Part shown: piece after piece, positions 1 through 12,460 of the stretch
Position numbering within the stretch: the first letter of the stretch is position 1
Layout: each line of letters begins with the position of its first letter
DNA from: Camelus ferus
Lineage: Eukaryota
Direction: 5' to 3'
NCBI RefSeq assembly: GCF_009834535.1
Contig: NC_045697.1
Coordinates: 8,992,001-9,056,000 of the forward strand
Length of the DNA: 64,000 nt
Program-made: the position numbers and the translations under genes
Notes under the pieces: generated by a model
What the model saw: only the letters and a program-made list of their open reading frames with translations
Told to the model about the DNA's origin: nothing
Database searches by the model: none

Positions 1-215
1 CCATTCATAATCGTTGTCTAGATCCATTATCTCTTCAGGGTTCAGAAGGATGTGAGTTTCTAATTTTACCATTCTTCATTCTTCTTTTGTCTGGAATGTT
101 GCTTTAAAGAGAATCCCCTCATTAAGACTGAATACTCTGAGATATGCTTTGTACAGAAAAGGCTTGATTACTTTCACTTCTACTTACCAAGTTTTCAAAA
201 CAACAGGTGATCAAT
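1..215 (-). mobile_element. Old L1M (L1MC4/5-like) 3' region fragment
   Basis: 'tttgtacagaaaaggc..ttgatt..tacttaccaagttttcaaaa' resembles the antisense L1MC 3' region; a similar piece lies at ~935-1105. Confidence 0.45.
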
Positions 216-619
216 GAGCTTTTCCACTTACCTTTTACCCTTCATCCATTCATTTTTTCCTTCACCTTCCTTTTTCTCCCTTCCTTCCTCTCTTTTCCAT
301 TATTAACTCATTTAAACATATTGTTAACTGTATTTATAACTAAAACATCTTAATTAACTTTAACAATTCGATGGATTTCAATAGGATTTATTACTTCTAA
401 ATTTTAGAGTTTTTATTTCTATTTGAAGTAAATATATTCATATACTTGATTTGCATACTTTCTTGAAATGTCAATTCTTTGTCAATTGATTATTATCCAT
501 ATTCTCCTTGCGATATGCCAATGAAGATCCATAAGCAGATATCTACTAGATGAGGCTTCCAAATAAGCTAATATTTTCCTGATTAAAAATAGACAGATTT
601 AGTTAGTACATCATTTCTG

Positions 620-880
620 GCTTTCTCCCTACCTGCTCTTCCTACCTGGGATGTGGATGTAATGGCTGGAGGAGTAGCACTGATCATACTACAAAGAGAA
701 TGAACAAATATATACATACACAGATAGGAGCAGAAATTGAATTGGAACCCAGTTCTTTGATGATTTTTTTAAAGGAATGGCTCCATTCTGAGATTATTGT
801 ATCTGACTTCTTTTTATATGAGAAACCCCCCAGTTTTTTAAGCCACTATTTATTGGCATTTTTGTTGTTTGCAGCTATGT
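620..880 (+). mobile_element. Old MaLR LTR fragment (MLT1J/K-like)
   Basis: 'cctgggatgtggatgtaatggctggag' and terminal 'tttaagccactatt..tttgttgtttgcagc' are typical MLT1 motifs. Confidence 0.55.
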
Positions 881-2309
881 GTCTTCCATGATGCATTTGT
901 CTAAGGTCATGTACATAATAAGTTGGAGAGCTGAGTTTTAAATCCAGGTTTGTTAATATCTGAAGCTTGTGTTCTCTTATGAAATGATGTGTATAACCAT
1001 GGACAAGGAATACAGCTGAATACTTCTATGAAGAGAACACCCTCATTAGCTCTTCGATTCCTCTCAGATATGCTTTGTACAGAAAAGGCAAGATGTATGC
1101 TTGATTTTAAACCAGCCTCCTCCTGTCTAAGGCTGTGCAGTTCTCTGAAGAAAAGCCCAGGATTAACACATATTTTCAGCATCTCCTCAGGAAGGGAATG
1201 AAGTGCTTCTGGCCTCACGTAACGATCTGATGAAATATACAAGCTTTTTCTTGTTTCTTGTCAAATGATTTCCAACCTTTTTATACCAACGAGGTCTCTT
1301 TTATTAACTCCCTGCAAAGTATAACATATTTTGAAAGATTTTTGTCAAGCAAACTGCACTTAATAATAAATATTTAATTCACTTCCCCATTTGAATTTAA
1401 TCAACTGCACATATAACCTTTAATCATAATTTCTGATCTACGTGTCTACTGCTAGCACATTGAGTTGGTTTTAATTTCAGTGAAAAACAAGGATATTTTG
1501 GTTAATCTGTACAGCCTTAAATTCAGTTAGGATTTTAAGGGTAATAGAAATGCCTTGTGAATCCCCTGGTCACCTCTGCAGACTCCTGTGGGTTGGGGGT
1601 CCCTGCTCTAGAGTCTGGCGGTCTGCATTCCAGTAAGCTGGCTGGTTCCCACTACAGCCAAAGGTGCAGGAGAGGCTTCAGTCAGAAGGAAGATGGGTTT
1701 TCTTCTGTCTCAGGCTCCTCCTGATGCCTCACATGGCTTCTGATCCAGCATGAGCCCTGGTGGTCCTGGGCCTACTCAGCCCCTGATGTTGATCACTTCC
1801 CACCTGTAGTCTCAGCCAGGCTGAAAGCCAAATTCTGGGGTATTTTAGGAGCCCCATCCACAAGGGTAGGTGGCACCTAGAATCAGTCTTGCTTAGATCC
1901 CTGCCTGGTGCCCTGTAGATCGCTTTCTTCTGAGCCCTTGTCATGCTCTTCTGCCCACCATGAATGAGTTCTGTCTGAAAAGCATTTACTGAGCACCTGC
2001 CATGAGCTAGCATAGTGTTAGATGCAACTGCCTTGATTTCTGATTGATAATCTCTGTTTTTTTGAGAGCTTAACCTGAACCTCACCAGGGTTTTTGAGAC
2101 CCTCTGTAGCTAATGCTGGTCTCCCCAGCATGTTACCCTTTTACTGGAGTTGGACTCCTCTGAGGGGGTCTGCCAGTAGGTTCCTGCTACAGTCCCAGAT
2201 GGGTCATCCACCGTCTCAACACCGTAGGTCCTGCCGTTTTGCTGAGAGGGGCCCTGTTGCCGTGTCCTTCCTACCAGATCCAGTTCCTATGTGTCCCTCT
2301 CTTATGTGA

Positions 2310-2430
2310 CTCTCTCTCCTGTTAGACTATAAGCTGCCTGAAGGCAAGGGCTATGTTCACTTCAGTATCCTCAGTACCATGTCCAATGCACAGTGAATGG
2401 TAAATGCTGGTTACTCTTTGTTGAATGGTG
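2310..2430 (+). mobile_element. L2 3' end
   Basis: 'ttagactataagctgcctgaaggcaaggg...tgttgaatggtgaatg' L2 tail. Confidence 0.65.
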
Positions 2431-2434
2431 AATG

Positions 2435-2829
2435 GAAGTGAGTGCTGCTTGGAGAGGGGAGGGGAGACTTTGAGATGAAGGAGCCATGGACCTGAGAAGT
2501 CTGGCGATCATAGAGGCTGATCGTTGTGAATGTTGAAGTCACCTGGGGTGATGTGGGATGAAGGGGAGTCGTGTGGGCTGGATACCACTGTCACCATTAG
2601 AGCATCATTTGAACCACTGGCCAAATGAGTAGTGTCCACGTGTTGTTTAGGGACAGCATGGTGGGGGCACAGGCTAGAGTAGCTAGAGGGCCTGAGCTTC
2701 AAGAGGAGGGGAGCTTTGGCATCACAGCATAGGCAGCTGGTGGTGGCCAGCATGCTGACCACAGCTCTGGGGAATGTGGAGGTGTTTAGGCAGCTTAGAC
2801 AGAAATGAACACTGGGCAGGCAGAGAGGA
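2435..2829 (-). mobile_element. L2 endonuclease-region fragment
   Basis: Minus-strand ORF 2508..2870 ends ITPGDFNIH, the APE endonuclease GDFN motif in its L2-type GDFNIH form. Confidence 0.6.
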
Positions 2830-3267
2830 TGGGGAAAGGAACAACCCAGAAAATAACAGTACATCCTCACTCAGGATAAGGGACTCCAGAAACTCTTACT
2901 TTCTCTAAATGAGGGCCAGCAAAAGAAGCCAGTTAAAATCCAAGTGCTGCAGCTGTGCATGGGAGGGGGGCCTGCCCAAAAGAGGATGGGCGTGCCAGAG
3001 TGCAGGCAACCTGAGTTGTCAGTCAATCAATCACTCAATCACAAAACCAGGATATAAAAACAGGAAAAACAAAGGAACGGCACCGTTTTCCCTCCCTTAG
3101 ACAGGCCTGCTCCCGATTCTCGGGAGGGTACTATCTTTTACTATATTTTTTACTTTACTAATAAAAATCTTGCTTATATCACACTTTCTGCCTCTCGTCA
3201 AAAATTCTTTTTTTTTTCCGGGTGACTAAGAACCGAGGTAATTCTTATTTTCGTTTTCCCGGTAACA
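2830..3267 (+). mobile_element. Young ERV solo LTR
   Basis: TATA-like 'gatataaaaa' 3051, AATAAA ~3160, ends '...ggtaaca' 3267, CpGs retained; 5' boundary tentative (flanks gagga/gaggg). Confidence 0.6.
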
Positions 3268-4223
3268 GAGGGACATGTTGAGAATGGGCAGATTCCACTT
3301 GAGATGAGTGCAAGAGAATCAGTGTTACCAGGGAAAGTCAATTCTCAGCTAAGATAAGGAAGTGATGGGGTACTCAGGGAAGAGGTTGTGGGTGTGTGTC
3401 GGTTGTTTAACCACATCGCAAAGACTGCACAGATCAGCAGCTTAGCCGGCCCAGTCCCCAGGATGGCTACCTGCCTCATCTCATCCACTGAGCTCCCTCC
3501 ACCACCAAGGTCCCCACGTGCCTCATGGGAGTCCTGCCAGCTTTGGCTTCACCCCAACTTCCTGCACCTCCTCAGATTGCCGTGTGGCCAGCTTGAGTCC
3601 TGGAGCTTTGTGCTTGACAGTTGCCTCATCTCTCTGGTCTCAGCCTCCTGCCTGTCCTCTCTCCCCCAGGGAAAACCAGATCTGAAAAACCTGTTCCTGC
3701 TGCTCTTCACCTCAAGTTATCTCTCCAGCCAGAACTTTTGCTTAATTTGCTTACTGGCATTTCACACTGATATGTGGGGGATTGTCAGTTGAGTTCCCAG
3801 TGTATGCATGACTCACATGTTTTTGAAGAATATGTGGAGGAGGGAGGAAAAAAAAAATTAAACCAGGGAAAATGAGAAGAGAGAGAGGATTTTAGTCATG
3901 TAAGTCCTAAAAGAGCTTACCCGAGGCTCGCTCTGGTAGTGTTTGTTTTAGAAAATGACTGGAGGCCAGAGAGTTTGAACTTTTCCATTGTCAAGTCTGC
4001 TGAAAATTCAAGCAGGGCCAGTCATTGGAGACTTCTCTTTCTTCAGTTCCTGAGATGGAAAAAATGAAAATCTGAATCTTATTAAGCAGATCCACAGGGC
4101 TTGGATTGAAAGAAATATGAAAGCACAATTTTACATTTAAGCCTGTGAAGGAAAAATAAGTTCAGAGTGAGCCAGATGTACCCTGTGACTCCTTCAGCAG
4201 CTACTCAGTGAGTGAGTGAATGA

Positions 4224-4228
<5 letters not shown>

Positions 4229-4268
<40 letters not shown>
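4229..4268. repeat. (TG)20 microsatellite
   Basis: Direct reading; preceded by tgag repeats. Confidence 0.98.
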
Positions 4269-4269
<1 letters not shown>

Positions 4270-5236
4270 TCTTCTGGCTGACAAACTGGTTCCAAAATTT
4301 TCACAAGAAGACAATGTCTTCGCTACCAAATTGGCCAGAAAGAAGTATCAAGTGACGTTTCCAGATGGAAGTTACTTTTGATGAACTGGGTCATGGTGAC
4401 ACTTTTGCTCACATGGGCCTCTGCCAGGAAAGACTTCTCTGCCCCCAGCGTCCCAGTCTTACATATTTCAGGATGTAGCTAGGGCATCGTCTTCCTTCAT
4501 CCCTCCATCACACAGCACAGCTCTCACTGTCTGTACCATCTGAGCAAACACTAACTGTCCTGCCTTCCTGGGGCTTCCAGTATTTTCAGGTTGCCTCTGG
4601 CTTACTCAAGTCTGCCTTTCCTTGGAGCTGCAGCTCTCTCAAAATTGCTTTTCCGTAAATGCAAGCTGGGTCTGTCCTTGAATTCTTTAGAGTGTAGTGT
4701 CTGAAACATTAATTGAAAGCTTGTGAAATGAGGAAGGCATTACAATGCAGGTGATGTGATAAGGCGTGGCCTTAACCCAAGTACCTCCACAGAGGGGGCC
4801 CTACACTGCTGTGTTCTCCTGAGCCCTGAAAGGGGGTGCCCCGAATAAGTGGATTTCTTCTAGCTCAGGTCCAGGTCTCAGCCCTTGGGAGAGCTTGAGG
4901 GAGAATCACCAGGGCTCCCTCTAAACACTTGGCCCGGAAACACATCTCATTCTGTTTTCTCATTTTAGGATCTCTCTCTAAAATAGCTCCCTGAAGAGGA
5001 TCTCACTTTGTCTTTGTCTAACTTAAAAGCCCTGCGGTTTTTCCCTAAACAAAAGCACCATCTTCCCCATGGACAAATTTGAGCCTCCACCTCCAAAGAA
5101 GCAGAAGAATTACTGGCGGCTTTCGAACGTCGACGTCATGCTGCTGGCTGTCAAGGTTTCAAAACATGTATGCGTGCAGTTTCAGCTAGAACATCTCAGA
5201 GCACGTTAAGTATCTTTTCCTTCTCCTGCCTCTACA

Positions 5237-5812
5237 CAGTTTCCTCTGTGATTAACATCTTGTATTAGTGAAGCACATTTTTAAACATTAGGGAACCAAT
5301 ACTTGATAACTTATTAAGGTCCACAGTTTATAGATTTACTCTTGATGTTGTACATTTTATGGGTTTTGACAAATACATATTGTCATGTATCCACTGCTGC
5401 AGTATCACATATAGAATAGTTTCACTGCTCTAAAAATTCTCATTGAAGCCGAACAAAGTTGGCTATTCTCGGTTTTCTGCCTTTCCACGTAAAGTTTACA
5501 ATCAGTTTGTTGGTACCTATAAAATGACTTGCTGGGATTCTGATTGCATTATGTTGAATCTATAGATCAATATGGGAAGAAGTAACATCTTGACAATATT
5601 GAGTCTTTCTATTCATGAACATGGATTAACTCTCCATCTATTTAGATCTTCTTTGATTTCTTTCATCAGTTCTGTAGTTTTCCTAATATATAGATCTTGT
5701 ATGTACTGCGTTAGATGTGTATTTGATAATTCAATATATTTTTGATGTTAATGTAAATGGTGTTGTATTATTTTCAGTTTTAGATTCCAATTGTTCATTG
5801 CCAGTATATAGA
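5237..5812 (-). mobile_element. Old L1M: 3'UTR piece (5237-5445) joined to ORF2 piece (5458-5812)
   Basis: 'ttgtacattttatgggttttgacaaat..atagtttcactgctctaaaaat' (L1MC-like UTR) and 'gttgaatctatagatcaatatgggaagaa..ttgacaatattgagtc' (ORF2 antisense). Confidence 0.8.
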
Positions 5813-6254
5813 TTTATTTATTTTTATCAGAAAAGAATCTCCAGACAAGCTCAGAACAAGTCTCCAAATCAACTCAGTGCAAATGACATCTCACAAAAGA
5901 TTGAATGCATTTTCTTATCCAAAGTCTGATTCCTGTGGTCCCATGAGGAGGTCACTTACCCTATGCTTGCATATTGTCTCTGATGGGTAGCTCACTCTCT
6001 CTCAAAGCAACCCATTGTCTTCCAGACAACTTTGCTTTCAGACAGTTTTTCCTTATGCTGGATTCCTTGTGGATGAATTGTAGCCTAATTCTAAGATAAC
6101 AAAGGAATTGTGATCCAAGCTAATGGTTTTGTCTACACTCTCACCTACTCAGGATGAATGTGGAAGCCAGGGTTGTCCCAGTGTTGGTGAAGGAGAGGAG
6201 CCCTGTGTGCTGTGAGATTCTGTGTGCTGATGAGTCACACTCTAACGTAATAAA

Positions 6255-6430
6255 CACCTGACTTCAGGTCCAGATTTGTCACTTATTAGCTGAGTAATCT
6301 TTGGCAAACCCCATCATTTTCCAATTTCTTGATTTTTAAAAATGGGAAAATTAGCACCTTCATAAGGCTGTCATAAAAAAAAATAATCAAGACAGTGATC
6401 ATGAAAGCAGTTTTCAACCAAACTGTTCAG
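6255..6430 (+). mobile_element. MIR
   Basis: 'cacttattagctgagtaatctttggcaa..aaaatgggaaaatt..cataaggctgtc' MIR core. Confidence 0.55.
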
Positions 6431-6594
6431 TGAGAGCATAATTTTAACTTATTATCCTTCAAGTCATTGTCACCACCCAGATCCATGAATCAACAAATGG
6501 ACCTGGAAGAAAGGCAGAGAGAGAAGTGGAGTTGAAATCCTCATAGGAAACCTAGGGAAACATGACTTCCAAGCTTTGAATGTCATGGCTAAAG

Positions 6595-6730
6595 AGGACT
6601 TAAATGTAATCCAGTATAACCCCTTCACTTCACAGAATGAGGAAAATGAGTCTTGAAGAGGGAAGTGACTTGCCCAAGTTCGTGAGCCAGGCTGTTTAGC
6701 TGCTGAACTAAGAAAGGATCCAGTCTGTCT
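6595..6730 (-). mobile_element. MIR
   Basis: 'tgaggaaaatgag..gaagtgacttgcccaag' antisense core. Confidence 0.65.
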
Positions 6731-7463
6731 GAGACCAGTGCTCAGTCTTCTTACTTACTTTACAAAAGAAGCATCTGAAGCTTCCCTTCCAGGCTCTGCC
6801 CCATCCATGCTTTCCTGCCTCTTCCCTGGTCATGGAACACATAGCTGTCCAGTGACAGCTCTCATCGTAAGGAATCTGGGGGATGAATTACACAGTGGCG
6901 ATTTCTTCTCCAAGAAAAACAACTGACTGCCCATCTCTGAGCCGGGGGTATGTTTTTAAGGCTCAAACAAGCCAAGAGGAGCCAAGGACCTCAGCTTAAA
7001 AGTTAATTTCCACTGATCAAAGGAACAAAGTTCCATTTAGATGTGCAAGTAAGAATGTCTTAGTCATGATGGTGGACCCACTGAAAGAGAAACGAATGTT
7101 TTGCAGAAACTGAAGTCCAAATGTCCTCTTGAAAACTGATAAAGGATATTCTGTGAGGGAAGAGCAAGATAATCATGTAGCAAACATGTGCCAAACATTT
7201 TTTTCTATACCAGACATGGTACTGGGTGATGGGTTTATAAAAATGAGTTCAATGTGGCCTTTGGCTTTGAATTTCTCACAGACTGCTGTGTTTCAGAAAC
7301 ATCTGCTGCCAAGAGCCATGCAACCTTGGGCTTGATGCCTCAGTTTACCATGTCTGAAGTGGGGACAATAATTGTGTACACCTCATTGGACTGTGATATG
7401 GGTTAAAGGAGAAGATAACTATAAAGTCTGCAGCACAGAGGCTTACAGAATGTAAGGAATAGT

Positions 7464-7635
7464 GGGAGGGTATATAGCTCTAGTGGTAGAGCACATGCTC
7501 AGCACACACAAGGTCCTGGGTTTGATCCCCAGTACCGCCTTTAAAAATAAATAAGTAAACCTAATTACCTCCCCCTTCAAAAATAAAAAAAATAAATAAA
7601 TAAAAATGAAAAATAAAACAAACATAAAAAATAAA
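7464..7635 (+). mobile_element. Camelid Vic-1-type tRNA-derived SINE inserted in a MIR
   Basis: A box 'tagctctagtggtagagc', B box 'ggtttgatccc', 'aaataagtaaacctaattacctcccc', A-rich tail; TSD agaatgtaagg(a/c)at at 7447-7460 / 7636-7649. Confidence 0.85.
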
Positions 7636-7849
7636 AGAATGTAAGGCATGATGTGATAGCAGGTGTTCAAATGGAGATTTGAAAGCTCATAGATCTCAGG
7701 CTCTGGAATCAGATATTCATGTGGGACCACGGGCAAGTGTAGCAGACACCATTGGGTTATTTTTCCTAGAGACACCAATTTCATCAGTTTTTTTCCTTCC
7801 TTAATGATGTTCAAGTATCTACTCTCCTCTTCTAGCAACATATTGCTTT

Positions 7850-8700
7850 GGGGAGATTGATCCCTTTTCCATACCCTAGGATAAGTCTTGAATGGTCTAT
7901 GCTGATCACCCCCATTCCCCTTGGTGGTGATTGGCTTAAGCTTGGGAGCACGATGCAGTTCTGAGCAATGAGATATAAGAAGTTGACTAGTGGGCTTTCA
8001 GGAAAGGTTTTCTAGCTCTTAATATAAGGCACTGCTGTGAGCTGGATTTTGTCCTCCTAACCCCCACACTTGTGAATGTGACCTTATTTGGAAATAGGGT
8101 ATCTGCAAATGTAATCATGTTAAGCTGAGGTCATCCTGAGTGAGACAGCCCTAAATCCAACATGACTAGTGTCCTTATAAAAAGAGGAAAAGAGACAGAG
8201 GAACACACACACAGGGAAAACCATCTCTCAGAGGCAGAAGGTAGAGTGATAAGCCTGCAAGCCAAGGGACACTGAGGTCTGCTGGCAACCACCGGAAGTC
8301 AGGAAAAGGCAAGAAAGTATCCTTTTCCAGAGCCTTCAGGGAGAGCATGGCCCTGCTGACACCTTGATTTCAGACTTTTGACTTCCCAAACTGAGGGAAT
8401 ACATTTGTTTTAAGTCACCTTTTTTGCAGTAATTAGTTATAGCCGCCCTAGGAAACTAACATGGCACTAAGAAAAGATGTGCTCTCGTCTTATCATTGGA
8501 TTACTGTGTCCGGATGAATCATTGAAATTACTGTAACCTTGTTGCAGCTCTGAGCATAGGTATGAAGTTCCTGAATTCACCAATCCTGGAGCTGCCTCAC
8601 TCTGTTTTTCCTGTTGTGTTAGGTAATGTGTTTCCCTCAGTGTTTAAGCCACGCTGAGTTGATTTTTCTGTTACTTGCAGGTAAAATTATCCTAAACTGC
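7850..8700 (+). mobile_element. Old MLT1 (J/K/L-like) LTR interrupted by a younger MLT1
   Basis: 'gcagttctgagcaatgaga..' before 8030 and 'tttaagccacgctgagttgatttttctgttacttgcag' after 8470. Confidence 0.6.
8033..8462 (+). mobile_element. MLT1B/C-like MaLR solo LTR
   Basis: 'gaatgtgaccttatttggaaataggg', 'gcatggccctgctgacaccttgatttcagac', ends 'ggaaactaaca'; 5-bp TSD ggcac at 8028-8032 / 8463-8467. Confidence 0.85.
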
Positions 8701-11700
8701 TTCAGCAGATTATTCACTCGCTCTGTTCCTTGTTTCCTCATTTATAAAGTGGCAATGCTAATAGTCCCTACCCCGTAGGACTTTTGTGAGGATTAAATGA
8801 GGTACAGAATGATACAGATTTTGTTTTCTTTTTATCTAATTTTTGTTACAGTGCATCGTAAGTTCAATACATGTCAGTTACTATTATTATTATTATTCTG
8901 TCTCAGCCCTAACACATAGTAAACATTCAATCAATACTTACTTTTGAATAAATGAGTGAATGAATGAAGGCCTTCTAAAGCAAGAGGGAATAAGGGAATG
9001 ATAATAAAGGACAAAGCAAATTGCTGTAGGAGATGGAGAGTCATTCTGGACCTTGGCTCCAGATCAAGACCTGGGGGCCACATATGGCCTTGGGTAGGTT
9101 GGCAAGGGCTTGCATCCTGGAATTCTGGTGTTTTTATGCAGAGAGCTTTGACTTAAAGAACACCTGTAGGGGTTTGCAGATAAGCTGGCGTGCAGGAGCA
9201 GCAGGAGGCAGTGAAGCTCAGAGCCTGCCTCCGAAAGCCCCCAAGGTGCAGCCTTACTCCGAGTGCACAAGGATTAAGGCTGAAGTTGGGAGCTTTGTTA
9301 GGTCTCAGAGTTAAGGAAAAGGGCTTTCATTTTGCCTGAGGGAGAATAACTGACTGTTTTTCCCAAAGACCTCGTTTGAAATTAAGGTCTCGGAACACTG
9401 GATCCAATTAACTACCAGTTTAGGAACCTTGGGGATTTGAACTTGCCATGTGCTTCCTTTTCTCTTACAAATCACCTCCTGTTTTCTCGCCTTCATATTT
9501 CTCCCACCTACAGAGAATTCTGTTCTTGGGACTGGGTCAAGACAGCTTCCTTTTCCTGGGTTAAAAGTGGGAAATATTGGGCAGGTTTTGCCATCAAAGT
9601 CAATTAGCTGTCAATTTGAGCTAGAATCAGGATTAAGTGTGTGTGTGTATGTGTATACACATACATATGTATGTATACATCTTTGTATTTGTGCATGTAA
9701 GTAGGTATGCGTCTATCTAAATAGCAGTTGGAAGGGAGCTAATTGTTCGATTTACCTTTTTTAAAACAGACTTTATTTTCATTTCTATTCTGGGACTATG
9801 CAGAATCAGAGATGAATCAGACAAAAATCTTTGTTCTGGAGCTCACAGCCTACTGAGGCAGACAGACAAATTGATAAATATCAATATTGGTAGATACTGT
9901 AAATAATTGTGGTATTGAGGTCTACATGAAATTTGGAGAACATTGAGAGGAGACTGGAGGGTGGTTAGGGTTGGGTAGAGTTAGGCCAGACCTCCCAGAG
10001 AGGCAATGTTTAATCCAGCTAAATCTTGTAGTATGCAGGAATTTGCCAGGTACAAATCTGGATAAAGATACAAGGCAGCTAAGCAAGTCCTAGTATATGA
10101 CAGGCACAAAATATCTCTAGAATAAACTGAAATAAGGTATCTGTTGACTTTCATTTCTATATGCAGTGACTGCTGTATTTGGAGGAATGTAACTTGGTCT
10201 CCCTATTATTCAATGTATATAATAAAACCCTTATTTTGAATTTGACATATTATAAAACATTAGAATTCCTCTTTACTAGTCATAAACACAATTTTCATCA
10301 TTAATGTAGCAGGAGTAAGTGCATTTGGCGAGTAGAAGGTGAACAGAGTTCACTGCTCTGCGTTGGAAAGAGAGGGGGCCAGGAGTGCCATTGTAGTGGG
10401 AATGGGGACAAGACCAAGAGCTGGGAAAGGACCCAGCACTGCTATGACTAAGAAAGGATGACTGTACGTCCAGGCTGTAGAATGGTGCTGGTCCTACTGA
10501 TGTGCTGCATTCTATGTTCTATGTGATATAAATGCCCTCCCCAACCTTCTCCATGAAACATTGAGTAGATTCTCCTTGGTCACTGCTATGCTTACAGGAA
10601 CAGCATTTTCTTTTAAAGGAGTTTAAAGAAGGTGAATTGGTAAGTGACACATTATTCACTGACCTAAAGAAGAAAGTTCTTAACATTTTCATTAATAGAA
10701 AAATATTTTCTCTTCACTGATGCCAATACATATTGAAAATTATTTAAGAATATCAACCTGTAGGAAGGCCAATGGCCTAGTTTAACCCAAGTGGGGAGAG
10801 TAAGATGTCTGAAGCCTGAGCAGTTCAGTATTGCATTTAGAGACTAGCGAGGAATTTGGTAGAGCTGGAAGAGAAGACGTGTGTTTAGAATGGGTGGAAG
10901 GTGAGGAAGGAGCTGGATCATGAAGGCAATTGAATGCCTTGTAGAGAGGATTCTGTTTATGCCAGTAGAGTCTTACGGATATGGAGAACTACTCAAGGGG
11001 TCTCTGTTTATCCAGCAGGGTATGTATTATAGATCATGGAAAGCTACTAGGAAGGTAGGTCTCTGTTCAATGGCATTTTATGGATTATGAAGAGCTACTG
11101 CAATCAATAGTGTAATGCACTCATGTGTACTGTGTGTCAGGCCCTATAGGCAAATTTTTCAGTGAAAGAGGAACCTTTCCTCAAATCTCTTGTCTAGACT
11201 TGCAGGGCTGTAATCATATCAACAGTTTCCCAAGATGGACAGAAGAACTTAGAAACTCCAAAATAACTGCCTTGCTTGAGTCTGTTAGCTAGTCCTTAAA
11301 ATGGAATCCTTTCTCATGGATCTTTTGGAGTAGTACCTTATCTATGTTAACATCTGGATATCTCACATCTTGGGGAGGCAATATAGCATATGGTCAAGGG
11401 CATGGGTTGTAGGTCAGGATCCTGCATACAAACTGGGGCTATGTACTAACCAGCTATGTTATCTAAGGCAATTCATGGTGTATTGCAGTCACTCAACAAG
11501 TGTCCACATGTGCTATTCATATTCTTCATAACACACAGGGCAATACGTGTTATCTGTTCTGTGCTCAGTGAATGTTTATTGAATGAATAAATTAAAAAGC
11601 AAATGAAAAGTAGTTCATCGTTGAGTGTTTGTTAAATAAATGAATAATTTACTAGATTTGGAAGAAAATTTGTCAAGCATGCTGCTTCTCACTGAATCAA

Positions 11701-11859
11701 AAGATATTCTACAAATGTTATGCTCAACTTTCACCTGGGTTTCTCCTCCACTCATTATTCCCTTAAGCACCTTTCCCTTACAGCATCTACCTATAAGATG
11801 ATGTGGCTTATGCAGTATTTTATTTTTATTTGTTTTAAGAGTGACTGCTTTTGCAGTTT

Positions 11860-12460
11860 GCAGGAAGAGGATTTCTTTGCTTGTCTATGGAGCAGGCTGG
11901 TTTCTCTGTAAGAACTGAGCCCAAGGATCTTCAGTACCATTATAACCATGGATTTTTTGAATAGGCAAGTTTCAAAAGAAGTTCAGGAAGGTTTCATAGG
12001 CTTTGTGGCTCTCCTTTCAAAATGAACTTTGAGGCTGCTAACTCTGCACGACGTAGGATACAGGACACTCCATCCCCTCCCCTGTTCTCACCAAACAAGA
12101 GAAGTTACACAAGCTTGAGGGGCAGCTGGATTGCAGGTTACGCTGCCCCCAGGATACGTCTTTCATCTTAATTGTGCTTATTCAGCTGTGAGGATGGACT
12201 GGCATCTAGCTGGCTTTTGAAAAAGTACAGAAGCCTGTTTAAAAACACAACCAATTCCTCCTTTTGAGGTAGGGAAGGGAGAGGACGAGGAAAATTTCCA
12301 TCTTATTTTCTGATGTTCTTTGCTTTGCGTGTGAAGCCTTCCAGTGATGCTGTAGGTAGTTTTCCAAAGCCTTTCTGATCAAAGTTGATAAAGCTCTACT
12401 CCTATGTAGGAAGAATGCTCTTTTTTTTGACTAGCTTCTTAATTTGTGCTTTTTTACAGA
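11860..12460. repeat. Probable ancient unclassified mammalian interspersed repeat (MamRep605-like)
   Basis: Recalled similarity of 'gaggggcagctggattgcaggttacgctgccccc..' and 'ctgatcaaagttgataaagctc' to this family; not verified. Confidence 0.35.

Noticed and set aside
7464..7540. tRNA-like sequence
   Set aside because: It is a SINE head with tail and TSD, not a tRNA gene; same for 48945-49010
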